NCBI GenBank assembly: GCA_963732945.1
Contig: CAVTBL010000017.1
Span: 257,944 to 321,943, forward strand
Length of the DNA: 64,000 nt
Origin: an uncultured Chloroflexia bacterium
Lineage (GTDB): Bacteria > Chloroflexota > Dehalococcoidia > DSTF01 > WHTK01
Direction: 5' to 3'
Within the stretch, counting starts at the first letter, position 1. Every line of letters begins with the position of its first letter. The notes beneath the pieces are model-generated. The model searched no databases. It was not told the DNA's origin and worked only from the letters and a program-made list of their open reading frames with translations. A program made the position numbers and the translations under genes. Below, one piece after another: positions 29,889 to 39,746 of this stretch.

Positions 29889-29928
29889 CCCGCTTGCCCG
29901 CTTGCCCGCTTGCCCGCTTGCCCGCTTG
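29889..29928. repeat. Octamer tandem repeat (CCCGCTTG)x5
   Basis: Counted directly; degenerate TTTGCC-type units follow. Confidence 0.9.
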
Positions 29929-30029
29929 CCGGCGAAAGCGTCGATCTCTTTGCCTGCTTGCTTGTTTGCCCTTTGTCGTTTGGCCCTCTGCCTTCCCGTC
30001 CCCACACGTTTCCGTGTAAACTGCCCTGC

Positions 30030-30359
30030 ATGGCCAAGCGCCGCCCGTCCTGGGACGCCCAGCGCGTCAAAGCCCTGAGGCGCCATCTGCAGATGACGCA
30101 GGATGAGCTGGCGCGCGAGATGGGCACGCGGCAGCAAACGATCTCGGAATGGGAAACCGGGATGTACCGGCCGCGCGGCATCTCGGAGCGGCTGCTGGGC
30201 ATGGTCGCCGAGCGCGCCGGCTTCGCGTACAACACCTCGGAGAGCGCACGAGATGACGCAGCGCGGGAAGAGGATGGAACGCGCCTGGCACCACCGGGAG
30301 AACAGCGGTCGGCCTTCGGCCCGGATAGACCCCTGGGAAAGGGACCCCATGAGCCATAA
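30030..30359 (+). CDS. XRE/HTH_3 family DNA-binding protein
   Basis: VKALRRHLQMTQDELAREMGTRQQTISEWETG. Confidence 0.9.
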   Translation: MAKRRPSWDAQRVKALRRHLQMTQDELAREMGTRQQTISEWETGMYRPRGISERLLGMVAERAGFAYNTSESARDDAAREEDGTRLAPPGEQRSAFGPDRPLGKGPHEP

Positions 30360-30433
30360 GTATCGATCCGGACCGCGACCGCAAGCTCGACTGGTTCTCT
30401 GGCTCATGACTGCAGGCTTCTAGGGGCGGCTGC

Positions 30434-31741
30434 ATGATGCTCGCTCCGTTCTACCGCCGAGGCGCTTTCAGCTACCTGCGTATCGCCGAACCGCCGCCTG
30501 AGCCTCTGAACGAATCTGAGCTGGCCTGGATTTGGGCCGGCCAGCGCTTCCCTCCCGAGGCGCTGCGGGCCGTCGACGGCCGCGATCTACGCGTGCTCAA
30601 CCCGGGGCGTCGCGGCGGCAGCGCCGGTCCGGACTTTCGCGACGCCGTGTTCCTGCTGGGCGGCGAGCAGCGGCTCGGCGACGTCGAGCTGCACGTGCGC
30701 GCCAGCGCGTTTCGCGGCCACGGCCACGACTCGGACCCGGCCTACGATTCGGTAGCTCTGCACGTAGTGTTTCGGGCGGACGCGGGCGACGCAACGCTGC
30801 TGAGCAACGGCGGCCATGCACCGGTGGCCGCTTTTGCGCCCTGGCTGGAGGGGCGTACCCAGGAGCTGGAGCGCTGGCTCACCGCGAACCCGCTGTGGCG
30901 CGAGCCCTGCGTCGACGCCCGCCCTCGTCTCGGCGACGAGGCCCTGAGCGAGGAGCTACGTGCCGCAGGCCGACGCCGCTTCGAGGCTAAGACCGAGGCG
31001 ATGCGTCTCGCCATCGCCGAACACGGCCCCGATCAGGCCCTCTGGCTCTGTCTTTTTGATCGGCTCTCGCGTTCCATGGCGTCGCGTTTAACGGTTGATA
31101 TGGCCCGTGATCTTGTCAAGGCGGCGTCGGTTGGGAGCGCTGACCAGAAGGCATGCGCCTCCATTCAGAAACCTGGCACGCCGGCGCTGGAGACGGCGCT
31201 GCTGTATGTCGCCGGACTTGTTGCTGATCCGCCGGCCGGCCTCGGGAGCCTGCCGGCGCCGATCTCGCCGCCGCTGCCGGTTGCGGGACGGCCCGCCAAT
31301 CACCCACGACGACGCCTGGCCGGACTGGCGCGTTTGTTCGTGCGGGCGAGAGGCCATCTCGGCGATTACGCCGCGGCCAGCGTGGCAGACGCCGCGAACC
31401 CGAAAGCGCTGGTGGCAGCGTGGCAGGTCGCCGATCCTGGCGGCGGTCCGGCTCTGATCGGCCCGGCACGTGCCCGCGAGCTGGCGCTCAACCTGGCGTT
31501 GCCCTACGCGGCGCTATCAGCCTCGCTGGGCGACAAGGCATCGGGCCTGCTCGAGGCGCTGCCCGCCGCGCCCGCTTACGGCAAGACGGCCTTCCTGGAG
31601 AACACGCTGCGCCGCCCGGACGGCAAACGCGGTATTGCCGGCACTCTGGAGCAGCAGGGCTTGCTCGACTACCTGGGGCGCTGGTGCAGCCAGGGCGGTT
31701 GCGGCCGCTGCCCGCTCAGCCCGGGCACGGAGACCGGCTAG
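30434..31741 (+). CDS. DUF2851 family protein
   Basis: E..LAWIW, PG..GPDFRDA, GDVELH, HGHDSDPAYDSVALHVV, PANHPRRRL, QQGLL and C-terminal C..GGCGRCP. Confidence 0.85.
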   Translation: MMLAPFYRRGAFSYLRIAEPPPEPLNESELAWIWAGQRFPPEALRAVDGRDLRVLNPGRRGGSAGPDFRDAVFLLGGEQRLGDVELHVRASAFRGHGHDSDPAYDSVALHVVFRADAGDATLLSNGGHAPVAAFAPWLEGRTQELERWLTANPLWREPCVDARPRLGDEALSEELRAAGRRRFEAKTEAMRLAIAEHGPDQALWLCLFDRLSRSMASRLTVDMARDLVKAASVGSADQKACASIQKPGTPALETALLYVAGLVADPPAGLGSLPAPISPPLPVAGRPANHPRRRLAGLARLFVRARGHLGDYAAASVADAANPKALVAAWQVADPGGGPALIGPARARELALNLALPYAALSASLGDKASGLLEALPAAPAYGKTAFLENTLRRPDGKRGIAGTLEQQGLLDYLGRWCSQGGCGRCPLSPGTETG

Positions 31742-31759
31742 CTCGGACCGCGGGGCACT

Positions 31760-31910
31760 CCATGCGGACGACAGCGTGGATGTCGGCCACCTGCGCCACC
31801 AGCGCCGGCGTCACCTCGTGCAGGTTCACGCCTCGCGGTCAGGTCACGCAGCAAGGATTTCCCTTGCAGCCCGGGACGACTTCGGCCGCAGATGAACTCC
31901 TTCGTGGGAC
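31760..31910 (-). pseudogene. Possible decayed DUF1059-like gene
   Basis: Fragments in different frames: KEFICG / EVVPGC / EILAA / LHEVTPALVAQV; no intact start. Confidence 0.4.
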
Positions 31911-32044
31911 GCCTCCACTCTGTTTTGCCACTCGTATCGCCACCCTGTCTAAATCGACGCTTCGGCGGATACGAATCTCCAGATTTAGACGAAATTCGTT
32001 GCAAGACTGCGCCATTAGCGATTCGGTGACGAATCTTCTAAGGC

Positions 32045-33178
32045 ATGACCGCTGAACCATTGCCGACGATCGGCTCGCTGGCCTGGCAGCGCGCCCTCGA
32101 GCGCGCCCTCAAGGCGGGCCCGGAGCTGCACTTCCAGCCGATCGTCGACCTGCGGCGCGGCGTAGTCGTAGGGTACGAAACCCTGGCGCGCTTCGCCGGC
32201 CCGCCCTACGCCTCGCCCGACAAGTGGTTCGCGGCGGCTCAGGAGCACGGGCTGGCCCTCAACCTCGAAGAGCAGGTCTGGCGCCAGGCGATCGCGACGC
32301 TGATTCTGCTACCGCAAAACGCGTTTCTTTCGCTCAACGCCTCGCCTGACTTCCTCAGCTCGCCGGCCTGCGCGGCGCTGGTCGAATCCGCGCCTTCGCT
32401 CAGCCGCCTCGTAATCGAGGTCACCGAGCACGACGCAATTGCCGATTACGAGCGGTTCGGCTGGCACCTGCAGCGCTATCGCGCGGCCGGAGCGCAGCTG
32501 GCCGTCGACGATGCCGGCGCGGGTTACGCCAGCATGAGCCACATCCTGGCGCTGCGACCCCAGTTCGTGAAGCTGGATGCAACCTTCGTGCAGGGCTGCG
32601 ACCGCGACCCCGCCAAGGCGGCGCTGATCGACATGGTGGGGCGCTTTGCCGGCCACCTCGATGCCTGGCTGCTGGCGGAGGGCATCGAGCGTCGCGAAGA
32701 GCTGGATACGTTGTTACGCCTCAAAGTACCCCTCGGCCAGGGCTACCTGCTGGCGCGGCCGGAGCCGGACTGGCCCGAGCTGCCGCCGGAGGTGCGCCGC
32801 AGGATGCGCGTGCGCGCTCTCGATCTCGAGGGGCTGGCGGTGCGAGCACTGATCGCGCCGGCTCAATCCATTCCGGCCGGCACCCACGAGCCTGTCACCG
32901 AGGACGGAATCGTGGTGACGGTCGATCAGTACGGACGCCCCCTGGAGCTGATCCACTGGCGCGACGGTTCCCGCCGCGTCTTCTCGCCGATGCGCATCAA
33001 GGGCGAGAGCCACGCCGAGCCCCTGCTGCGCCGCGCTCTAATCCGTCCCGAGGCCGAGCGCTTCGAGCCGCTGGTCTGCATCGACGACGAAGGCGTCTAC
33101 ACCGGCATCCTGCGCATCGAGTCGCTGATCGACTTCCTCCTTTCTGATCGTGCTGTCGCAAGAGATACCGAGGCCTGA
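32045..33178 (+). CDS. EAL-domain c-di-GMP phosphodiesterase with C-terminal extension
   Basis: FQPIVDL, YETLAR, SLNAS, IEVTE, AVDDAGAGY, VKLD, AEGIE, GQGY. Confidence 0.92.
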   Translation: MTAEPLPTIGSLAWQRALERALKAGPELHFQPIVDLRRGVVVGYETLARFAGPPYASPDKWFAAAQEHGLALNLEEQVWRQAIATLILLPQNAFLSLNASPDFLSSPACAALVESAPSLSRLVIEVTEHDAIADYERFGWHLQRYRAAGAQLAVDDAGAGYASMSHILALRPQFVKLDATFVQGCDRDPAKAALIDMVGRFAGHLDAWLLAEGIERREELDTLLRLKVPLGQGYLLARPEPDWPELPPEVRRRMRVRALDLEGLAVRALIAPAQSIPAGTHEPVTEDGIVVTVDQYGRPLELIHWRDGSRRVFSPMRIKGESHAEPLLRRALIRPEAERFEPLVCIDDEGVYTGILRIESLIDFLLSDRAVARDTEA

Positions 33179-33459
33179 TCTGGGTCACACGCCGTGCGGC
33201 TGTCGAGCGAGAGCAGGATTCAGCCGCCCAGCGAGACGGCTCCGGCGGTCCAAGAGTTCTGCCATCAGCGTCTTTGCGAGGCCGGCAGGCCGTGGCAATC
33301 TCGCGGCCAACACAGACGGGTCGGTCTCGGCAAACGACGAGCCGTAGCGACGAGCTACCGAGATTGCTTCGTCGCAGCTGCTCCTCGCAAGGACGGTCGG
33401 CGCTCCTTTAGCGGAGGACACGTTTGCGGTAGCTGCGGGATTCATCCTGCAGGCTTGTT
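33141..33459 (+). repeat. Composite repeat interrupted by an inverted pair of a second palindrome family
   Basis: TTCTGATCGTGCTGTCGCAAGA start; GTCTTTGCGAG..GCAATCTC (~33270-33302) and its inverse (~33360-33394); terminal GTAGCTGCGGGATTCATCCTGCAG. Confidence 0.75.
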
Positions 33460-33639
33460 CTGTCCACCGATGGCACCGTAGCCCTGCAGTCCCTCGCCTC
33501 GCATGGAGAGGGACGCGCGGCAGCGAGGGAGAGGTGACGCCCTCGACCCGGTTTGGGACGCCGCGTTTACACGCCGGCTCGTCGTCTGCGCTAACCTGTA
33601 TGGGAGCGCTGCGCCGCCCAGGCCGCCGCGGCCTCCGTT

Positions 33640-35982
33640 ATGAGAGACAACAAGGGCGCCAACCGGCGCCCCACCAGCAGAGCCAACCCGACGCCCCGCA
33701 CGAGCGCCTCGGCACAGCGCAGGACGCCTGCAGCGTCTGGCACGGGCAGCGGCGGATCCGGTCGCGGCAAAGCGCCTGCGCCCCGCAAGCGACGCTTCGA
33801 CAAGCGATGGCTGGTCTTTGTCCCGACTCTCGCGATCGTCTGGCTTGCCTACAGGTACGCCAAGATCGCCGTCACGCTGCCGGCGCCGACCAGCATTATC
33901 CAGGGCGCCCAGGGCCTCGAGATCGTCGACCGCAACGGCAACCTGATCCAGGACTTCGGCGGTGCACCGGGGTCGGGACAGATCGTGCCACTGGACCAGA
34001 TCTCGCCCTCGCTAATCGACGCCACGGTGGCCACCGAGGACGCGAGCTTCTGGGACAACCCCGGTGTCAGCCCCAAAGGCCTGGCCCGTGCCGTGTACGA
34101 CAACCTTGCGTTCTGGAAGTACGGCACCCTGTTCAAGGGCCCTGGCGGCAGCTCGATTACGCAGCAGCTGGCCAAGAACCTCTACATCAAGCCAGACGAG
34201 CGCAGCCAGCGCAGCCTGACGCGCAAGCTGGACGAGACGCTGATCGCCTTCGAGCTGACGCGGCGCTACAGCAAGCAAGATATCCTCTCCTGGTACCTGA
34301 GCACGGTCTATTACGGCAACGGCGCCAACGGCATCGAGGCGGCGTCCTACCGCTACTTCAACAAGGCGCCGGCCGACCTGACCCTGGCAGAGGCATCGCT
34401 GCTCGTGGCTCTGCCGCGCTCGCCCAGCTACTACGACCCGATCGCCAACATGGACAACGCCCGCGCCGGTCAGAGAGATGTGCTGTCGCTCATGGTCAAG
34501 CACGGCTACATCGATCAGGCGACCATGGACGCCACGGTAGCCCAGCCGATCGCGCTGAATGAGGGCAAGACTCCGGCCGCGCAGGCCAGCACGGCGTCAC
34601 CGGCGCCGCACTTCGCCGAATACGTGCGCGAGCTGCTACCGGCGCTGATCGGCAAGGACAAGATGCAGGGCAACAACTTGGTCGTAACCACCAGCCTGGA
34701 CCTCGATCTGCAGGCCAAGGCTCAGGACGCCGTCAGCTCCGAGATCAAGCAGCTCGATGGCAAGGGCGTGACCAACGGCGCCCTGGTCGCGATGGACCCG
34801 GCGACCGGCGAGATCCTGGCCATGGTCGGCAGCCCCGACTTCAACGACGACTCGATCAGCGGCCAGGTCAACAACGCCACAGCTTTGAACCAGCCCGGCT
34901 CCACCATGAAGCCGATAACCTACCTCACGACCTTCGTCGACGAGGGCTGGACGCCATCGACGCCGATCAAGGACGAGCCGATCCCCTGGAACGACGGCGT
35001 CCTCGGCAACGCCGACGGTTGGTATCGCGGCAACATCACGGTACGCGAGGCGCTGGCCAGCTCGCTCAACGTGCCGGCCGTCAAGGCACTGCAGTCGGTC
35101 GGCCTGCCTGCTGTCATGGCGATGGCGAAGAAGCTCGGCATCAGCACGATCGACGAGAGCAGGGACTACGGCTCCGCTTTCACGCTGGGCGCCGCCGACG
35201 TCAGCCTGCTCGACATGACCTACGTCTACACCAGCTTCGCCAACGACGGCGTTCAAAACGGCATGAACAGCGTGCTCGGCCTGCCGGCCGGCTCGCGCCA
35301 GCTCGACCCGATCGCGGTGCTCAAGGTCCAGACCGCGGACGGCAAAGTCCTGTGGGAAGCCGACCACCACAGTATTCGCGTCGCGCCCGCAAAAGAGACG
35401 TTCTACCTGACCCAGATCCTCTCGGACGACTCGGCGCGCCAGTCGATGTTCGGGCTCAACAGCCCGCTGAACCTGCCCCGACCCGCCGCGGTGAAGAGCG
35501 GCTCCTCCGACGAGACACGCGACGCCTGGACGATCGGCTACACGCCCCAGATCGTGGCGGGCGTCTGGGTCGGCAACGCCAACAACGCGCCCATCCCCAA
35601 CGGCACCAGCACTTATACAGCGGCGCCGATCTGGCACACCTTCATGATGTCGGCGCTTGACGGGCAGCCGGCGCTGGCCTTCACGGCGCCGCAGGACACG
35701 CAAAGCGCGGGCCTCAAGGTGACGCCAACGACGCCACCCAGGCAGCCAGGCGCGACGCCGACCCCGAAGTCGACTCAGGCCACGGAGAACGCCGGCCTCA
35801 AAGCAACGCCCACCACGACGACCGAGAACGCCGGTCTCAAGGCGACGGCCACCCAGCCGCCGCCAACACCGACACGCCCCTTTCGGGCCCCCACGCCGAT
35901 CATTACACCGACGCCGATAACCCAGAGCGGCGGCCTCAAGGACCCTACTCCGACGCTCGTCCCTCGCTCCGGACCTTTCTGA
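33640..35982 (+). CDS. Class A penicillin-binding protein (transglycosylase/transpeptidase)
   Basis: ATEDASF, GSSITQQLAKN, RKLDE, PGSTMKP (SxxK), SLN, KSG; Pro/Thr-rich tail. Confidence 0.95.
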   Translation: MRDNKGANRRPTSRANPTPRTSASAQRRTPAASGTGSGGSGRGKAPAPRKRRFDKRWLVFVPTLAIVWLAYRYAKIAVTLPAPTSIIQGAQGLEIVDRNGNLIQDFGGAPGSGQIVPLDQISPSLIDATVATEDASFWDNPGVSPKGLARAVYDNLAFWKYGTLFKGPGGSSITQQLAKNLYIKPDERSQRSLTRKLDETLIAFELTRRYSKQDILSWYLSTVYYGNGANGIEAASYRYFNKAPADLTLAEASLLVALPRSPSYYDPIANMDNARAGQRDVLSLMVKHGYIDQATMDATVAQPIALNEGKTPAAQASTASPAPHFAEYVRELLPALIGKDKMQGNNLVVTTSLDLDLQAKAQDAVSSEIKQLDGKGVTNGALVAMDPATGEILAMVGSPDFNDDSISGQVNNATALNQPGSTMKPITYLTTFVDEGWTPSTPIKDEPIPWNDGVLGNADGWYRGNITVREALASSLNVPAVKALQSVGLPAVMAMAKKLGISTIDESRDYGSAFTLGAADVSLLDMTYVYTSFANDGVQNGMNSVLGLPAGSRQLDPIAVLKVQTADGKVLWEADHHSIRVAPAKETFYLTQILSDDSARQSMFGLNSPLNLPRPAAVKSGSSDETRDAWTIGYTPQIVAGVWVGNANNAPIPNGTSTYTAAPIWHTFMMSALDGQPALAFTAPQDTQSAGLKVTPTTPPRQPGATPTPKSTQATENAGLKATPTTTTENAGLKATATQPPPTPTRPFRAPTPIITPTPITQSGGLKDPTPTLVPRSGPF

Positions 35983-35990
35983 TCGCGTTT

Positions 35991-36148
35991 TTTTGATCGC
36001 GCTGTCGCAAGAGGCTTCGAGCGCTGATCTGAGACTCGGACCGTGCAGTTGTTTTGCACAGCAGGATTCATCGCATTGAGGGCCTACGGGGCTACTGATG
36101 AAACGACGGTGCGTCGGCGGTAGCTGCAGGATTCATCCTGCAGAGTTG
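35991..36148 (+). repeat. ~155-bp composite repeat, full copy
   Basis: TTTGATCGCGCTGTCGCAAGAGGCTTCGAG ... GCAGGATTCATCGC ... GGTGCGTCGGCGGTAGCTGCAGGATTCATCCTGCAG. Confidence 0.85.
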
Positions 36149-36295
36149 TCTACCCCGAGATCTCTTACGTCTAACTCTCAGCGCCCTCGTCGCCTTGTTA
36201 GCGCATGCTGCAGGCAGCAGGATTGACTGGCGCCCTCGGGCTCTTTGTTTGTTGCCGGTTTGCTTGTTTGCCTTCGAGCGCGTTGCCGCGAGCCC

Positions 36296-37276
36296 TCAGC
36301 TCGCTATGGGCCACGAGGCGCGCACGTCGAGATCGAGGCCGGCGCGGCCCGCCTCGGCGCAGAAGTGCGCGGCGCCGGCGATCATGGCGCCGTTGTCGGT
36401 GCAGAGCACGGGCGGCGGCGCCCAGACCGGCACCGGCGAGCGCTCTCTGAGCACGGCGCGCAGGGGACCGTTGGCGGCGACGCCGCCCGAGAGCAGGATG
36501 CAGGACGCCCCCGCCTCTTCGGCGACACGCACGGCCTTGCGCGTCAGCACGTCGACCACCGCGGTCTGGAACCCGGCCGCGATGTCCGCCACCGGGGCGT
36601 TGCTCTCCGCCGCGACACGCGACACTGCGGTCTTGAGGCCGCTGAAGCTGAAGTCGTTGCTCTCGCCCAGCCAGGCACGCGGCAGCCGCGGCGGCTTCGG
36701 GCCGGCCTCGCGGGCGCTGCGCTCAATCGCCGGGCCGCCGGGGAAGCCGAGGCCCAGCACGCGTGCCGCCTTGTCGAACGCCTCGCCGGCGGCATCGTCG
36801 CGTGTACGTCCCAGCAGCCTGTAGCGCCCATGCGCCTCCGCCAGCACGAGCTCGCTGTGGCCGCCCGAGACGATGAGCACCACGGCCGGCAACTCCGGCA
36901 CGGTCTCGACGTTGAGCCAGTTGGCGTACATGTGGCCCTCGAGGTGGTTGACGCCGATCAGCGGCTTCGACCAGGCATAGGCCAGCGCCTTGGCGGTATT
37001 CAGCCCCACGAGCAGCGATCCGGCCAGGCCGGGGCCTGCAGTAACCGCGACAGCGTCGAGGTCCGAGGGCTTGCACTTCGCCTCGGCCAGCGCGGCTTTG
37101 ACGACCGGCAGCATCGCCTCGATGTGGTGACGCGACGCCACTTCCGGCACGACGCCGCCGTAGCGCGCGTGAATCGCCGCCTGCGACGCCACAACATTGG
37201 TCAGCATGCGCCGCCCATCGGCCACGATGCCGACAGCAGTCTCGTCACAAGACGTTTCGATACCCAAGACCAGCAT
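36296..37276 (-). CDS. tsaD: tRNA N6-adenosine threonylcarbamoyltransferase TsaD
   Basis: LGIETSCDET, GGVVPEVASRHH, HLEGH, SGGH, DDAAGEAFDK, CTDNGAMIA. Confidence 0.97.
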   Translation of the reverse strand: MLVLGIETSCDETAVGIVADGRRMLTNVVASQAAIHARYGGVVPEVASRHHIEAMLPVVKAALAEAKCKPSDLDAVAVTAGPGLAGSLLVGLNTAKALAYAWSKPLIGVNHLEGHMYANWLNVETVPELPAVVLIVSGGHSELVLAEAHGRYRLLGRTRDDAAGEAFDKAARVLGLGFPGGPAIERSAREAGPKPPRLPRAWLGESNDFSFSGLKTAVSRVAAESNAPVADIAAGFQTAVVDVLTRKAVRVAEEAGASCILLSGGVAANGPLRAVLRERSPVPVWAPPPVLCTDNGAMIAGAAHFCAEAGRAGLDLDVRASWPIAS

Positions 37277-37327
37277 GCCTTCATTGTCCGGGCACGGGGC
37301 GTGATCGAGCAAACGGTGGGCGAGGGC

Positions 37328-37534
37328 GCCCTCACCCTCAATCCCTCTCCCGTGCGCGGCGAGGGAAGCTCGGCCCTAGAGCCGCACTACACGAAATTAC
37401 GCGACCGCGAAGAACGCAGCGCCGCACCCTCTCCCTTAATCCCTCTCCGTCCCGAGGGCGAGGGAAATCGGACCAAACGCCTGGCATTTAGCCGGTTAAC
37501 AGATCCGCTCATCCTGAGGCTCTCGAAGGATGAG
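37328..37534. repeat. Cluster of palindromic intergenic repeats (CCCTCACCC..CCCTCTCC..GAGGG and CATCCTGAG..TCGAAGGA types)
   Basis: Related copies near 15760-15797, 21957-22008, 29544-29563, 33489-33515, 40725-40770, 42763-42790 and 49892-49915. Confidence 0.7.
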
Positions 37535-37587
37535 TGGCACACAGCGTTAGAGACCTATCGCGCCGCCGCAGACCTCACGCGCCGGTT

Positions 37588-39552
37588 CTAGCCGTGAAAC
37601 GCGTCCCACTTCGCCGCCGCAACGTCGAGGCAGCGCGCCACGTCTTCTTCCAGCAGGTAGCGTTCGGCGACCAGCGATTGCGCTGCTCCACGCACGCGCT
37701 CGAGGTAGGCCTGCTTCGACTCGTAGCGCTCGTCGATGGCACGTCGCGGATCGCCTGACGCCTCGCGGGCCGCCCTCGTCGCGGGCAGCGGCAGCGTGGC
37801 GCCGAACAGGGGCGAGCCGCTGGTCATGAGGCCGCCCTGGCCCATCGAGGCGTGGCGTACGTTCCAGCCCGTGTACGTCGCGAGCGGCGCCGTGACATCC
37901 GGCAGACGGATGCCCGCGACGTCGTTGCAGTCCTCGTCCATGGCCGAGACCAGCACCGGATACGTACCGTTCTCCTGCGGCGGGTAGGTTGGGTGGCCGT
38001 CCTCGGCGCCGGGGCCGAAATCAAGGCGGCGGCGCTGCGGCAGATGCGCCGGCCATGCCGAGCCCGGGATGCCCGCGTACTGCGCCTCCAGCGACTCGCG
38101 CGTGACGGCGGAGGCGGTGTCGATGCGCGGCACCCGGTTGGCGGGCGGCTCGACGCCGTCGCGCACCCAGAGGTCGAGTGCGCTGAGCAGGGCTCTCATC
38201 GCGGGGCGGTAGTCGAGCGTGTTCATCGGCTGCTGCGCCTGGAAGCCGTCGATCGTGCGGTCGCTCAGCGGCAGAGCGCCGGGCGCGTGCTGCGAGCCCG
38301 CGATGTAATAGATGCGCGCCTCGTCCGGCGGCTCGAGGTCACGAGTGCCGTCGACGGTCGTGTGGCTCAGAGATGCGCCGCTCCACCAGTACTCCATGCC
38401 GGAGTTGACCTGGATGATCTTCGGTACGCAGCCGTTGGCGCGCGTGCGGTCCAGCAGGCCTCGGTTCTGCTCGATCACCGGCTCCGGCGTCGCCTCGAAG
38501 GCGAAGGGGTAGGTGTTGCCGGGCGCGCGCAGGATGTTGGTGCTCGGCTGGCCGAAGCGCAGGTTGAACTCGCCGCGCCGCGAGCTGCCGATGTGCGGCA
38601 GCATGCCCTCGAACACCTGACGCCCCGTCTCGTCGCGGTTGAGCCCCAGGTGGAGCAGCTCGCGCAGCCAGCGGCCGTTCATGCTCTGACCCCAGGCGTA
38701 GGCGTAGTCGATGGCGCCCGCCAGCGGGTTGCCCTGCGCCTCGCTGCCGTACTTGAAGAACGATGCGCCGTCGCGATACGCGAGGAACCCGAGCCCGACG
38801 ACCGGCGCCCCGACCGCCGTGTAGCTCAGCTCGTAGACGTAGCCGGGCTGGAAGCCGCCGTCGAGCCAGACGTGCTCGGCGTCCGGCTGCGGCGCGCCGT
38901 CGACCAGCTTCGCGAAACGCCACCGGTCGCGCGGCATGACGCTCGGGGGCGCGTCCTGGTACTCGCGCACCGTCAGGGTTGCGTCTGGATCGCTAATGTC
39001 GGCGGTGGCGTAGGGCTTGTGCCCGGCGTCTGAGAGCAGTTGCTGCGCGGTCTCCTTGTTCGGCCACCACTGCACGAAGTTCGGTCCGGTGAGGCGCTGC
39101 CCGTTCTCCAGCGCCTCGGGGAACCAAGCGCGCATGCGTTCCGGCGACTCCGGCGGGTCCCACTGGATCGCGACGCTAAGCACGCTGTAGCCCTGACGCA
39201 TCAAGTAGCCGTTGCCGGCGTCGACGTCTGGCGAACCGTCGGCGCGACGCACGGCGCTGTTGAACATCGAGAGCGCCGTCATGTTGCCGCGGTTCGGTGA
39301 ATCGACCAGCAGGCGCCCGTGGGCCGGCGGCGATACCGGCTTCAGCAAGTGGAACTCGGCGCTGTACTCGACCAGGCCCTGCGCGTTGGACGGCGCGAGG
39401 TCGAGGTCGCAGATCACGCGGTGGTCGGGCTGCTTCGGGTCGGCCGTGAAGTGCAGCACGCCCGCCAGGTACTCATAGGCGCCGGACCCGCCGAACGGGC
39501 TGCCGCCGGCGAGCGACCCCCGCGTCTTGATCTCAATCCTCGTCACCGGCAT
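37588..39552 (-). CDS. Alpha/beta hydrolase domain protein (Abhydrolase_10-like)
   Basis: FGGSGAYE, DSPNRG, GQSMNGRWLR, EYW..ASL, GSQH, AGIRLP, ATYTGWN. Confidence 0.8.
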   Translation of the reverse strand: MPVTRIEIKTRGSLAGGSPFGGSGAYEYLAGVLHFTADPKQPDHRVICDLDLAPSNAQGLVEYSAEFHLLKPVSPPAHGRLLVDSPNRGNMTALSMFNSAVRRADGSPDVDAGNGYLMRQGYSVLSVAIQWDPPESPERMRAWFPEALENGQRLTGPNFVQWWPNKETAQQLLSDAGHKPYATADISDPDATLTVREYQDAPPSVMPRDRWRFAKLVDGAPQPDAEHVWLDGGFQPGYVYELSYTAVGAPVVGLGFLAYRDGASFFKYGSEAQGNPLAGAIDYAYAWGQSMNGRWLRELLHLGLNRDETGRQVFEGMLPHIGSSRRGEFNLRFGQPSTNILRAPGNTYPFAFEATPEPVIEQNRGLLDRTRANGCVPKIIQVNSGMEYWWSGASLSHTTVDGTRDLEPPDEARIYYIAGSQHAPGALPLSDRTIDGFQAQQPMNTLDYRPAMRALLSALDLWVRDGVEPPANRVPRIDTASAVTRESLEAQYAGIPGSAWPAHLPQRRRLDFGPGAEDGHPTYPPQENGTYPVLVSAMDEDCNDVAGIRLPDVTAPLATYTGWNVRHASMGQGGLMTSGSPLFGATLPLPATRAAREASGDPRRAIDERYESKQAYLERVRGAAQSLVAERYLLEEDVARCLDVAAAKWDAFHG

Positions 39553-39746
39553 CGTGCGCCTCCATCTCTCGTCACGTCTTCGCTTCGGAACGCAGTCTCG
39601 GCGCGGCAGCAGGCGCTGTCAACGCGGGTTCGAGGGGCCAGGTGCAGCAGGTTTGCAAGGTCCTGAGCCCGAAAGTCTACGGGGATGCCGCACTGCGTGG
39701 TTCAGCATGAGTGGGAGTATTCAAAAAACTCGCACAGGAGAAGCCA

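Noticed and set aside
5668-36148. Recurrent CTGCAGGATTCATCCTGCAG palindrome as a CRISPR repeat
   Set aside because: Copies are dispersed rather than regularly spaced with unique spacers, and no cas genes are present.
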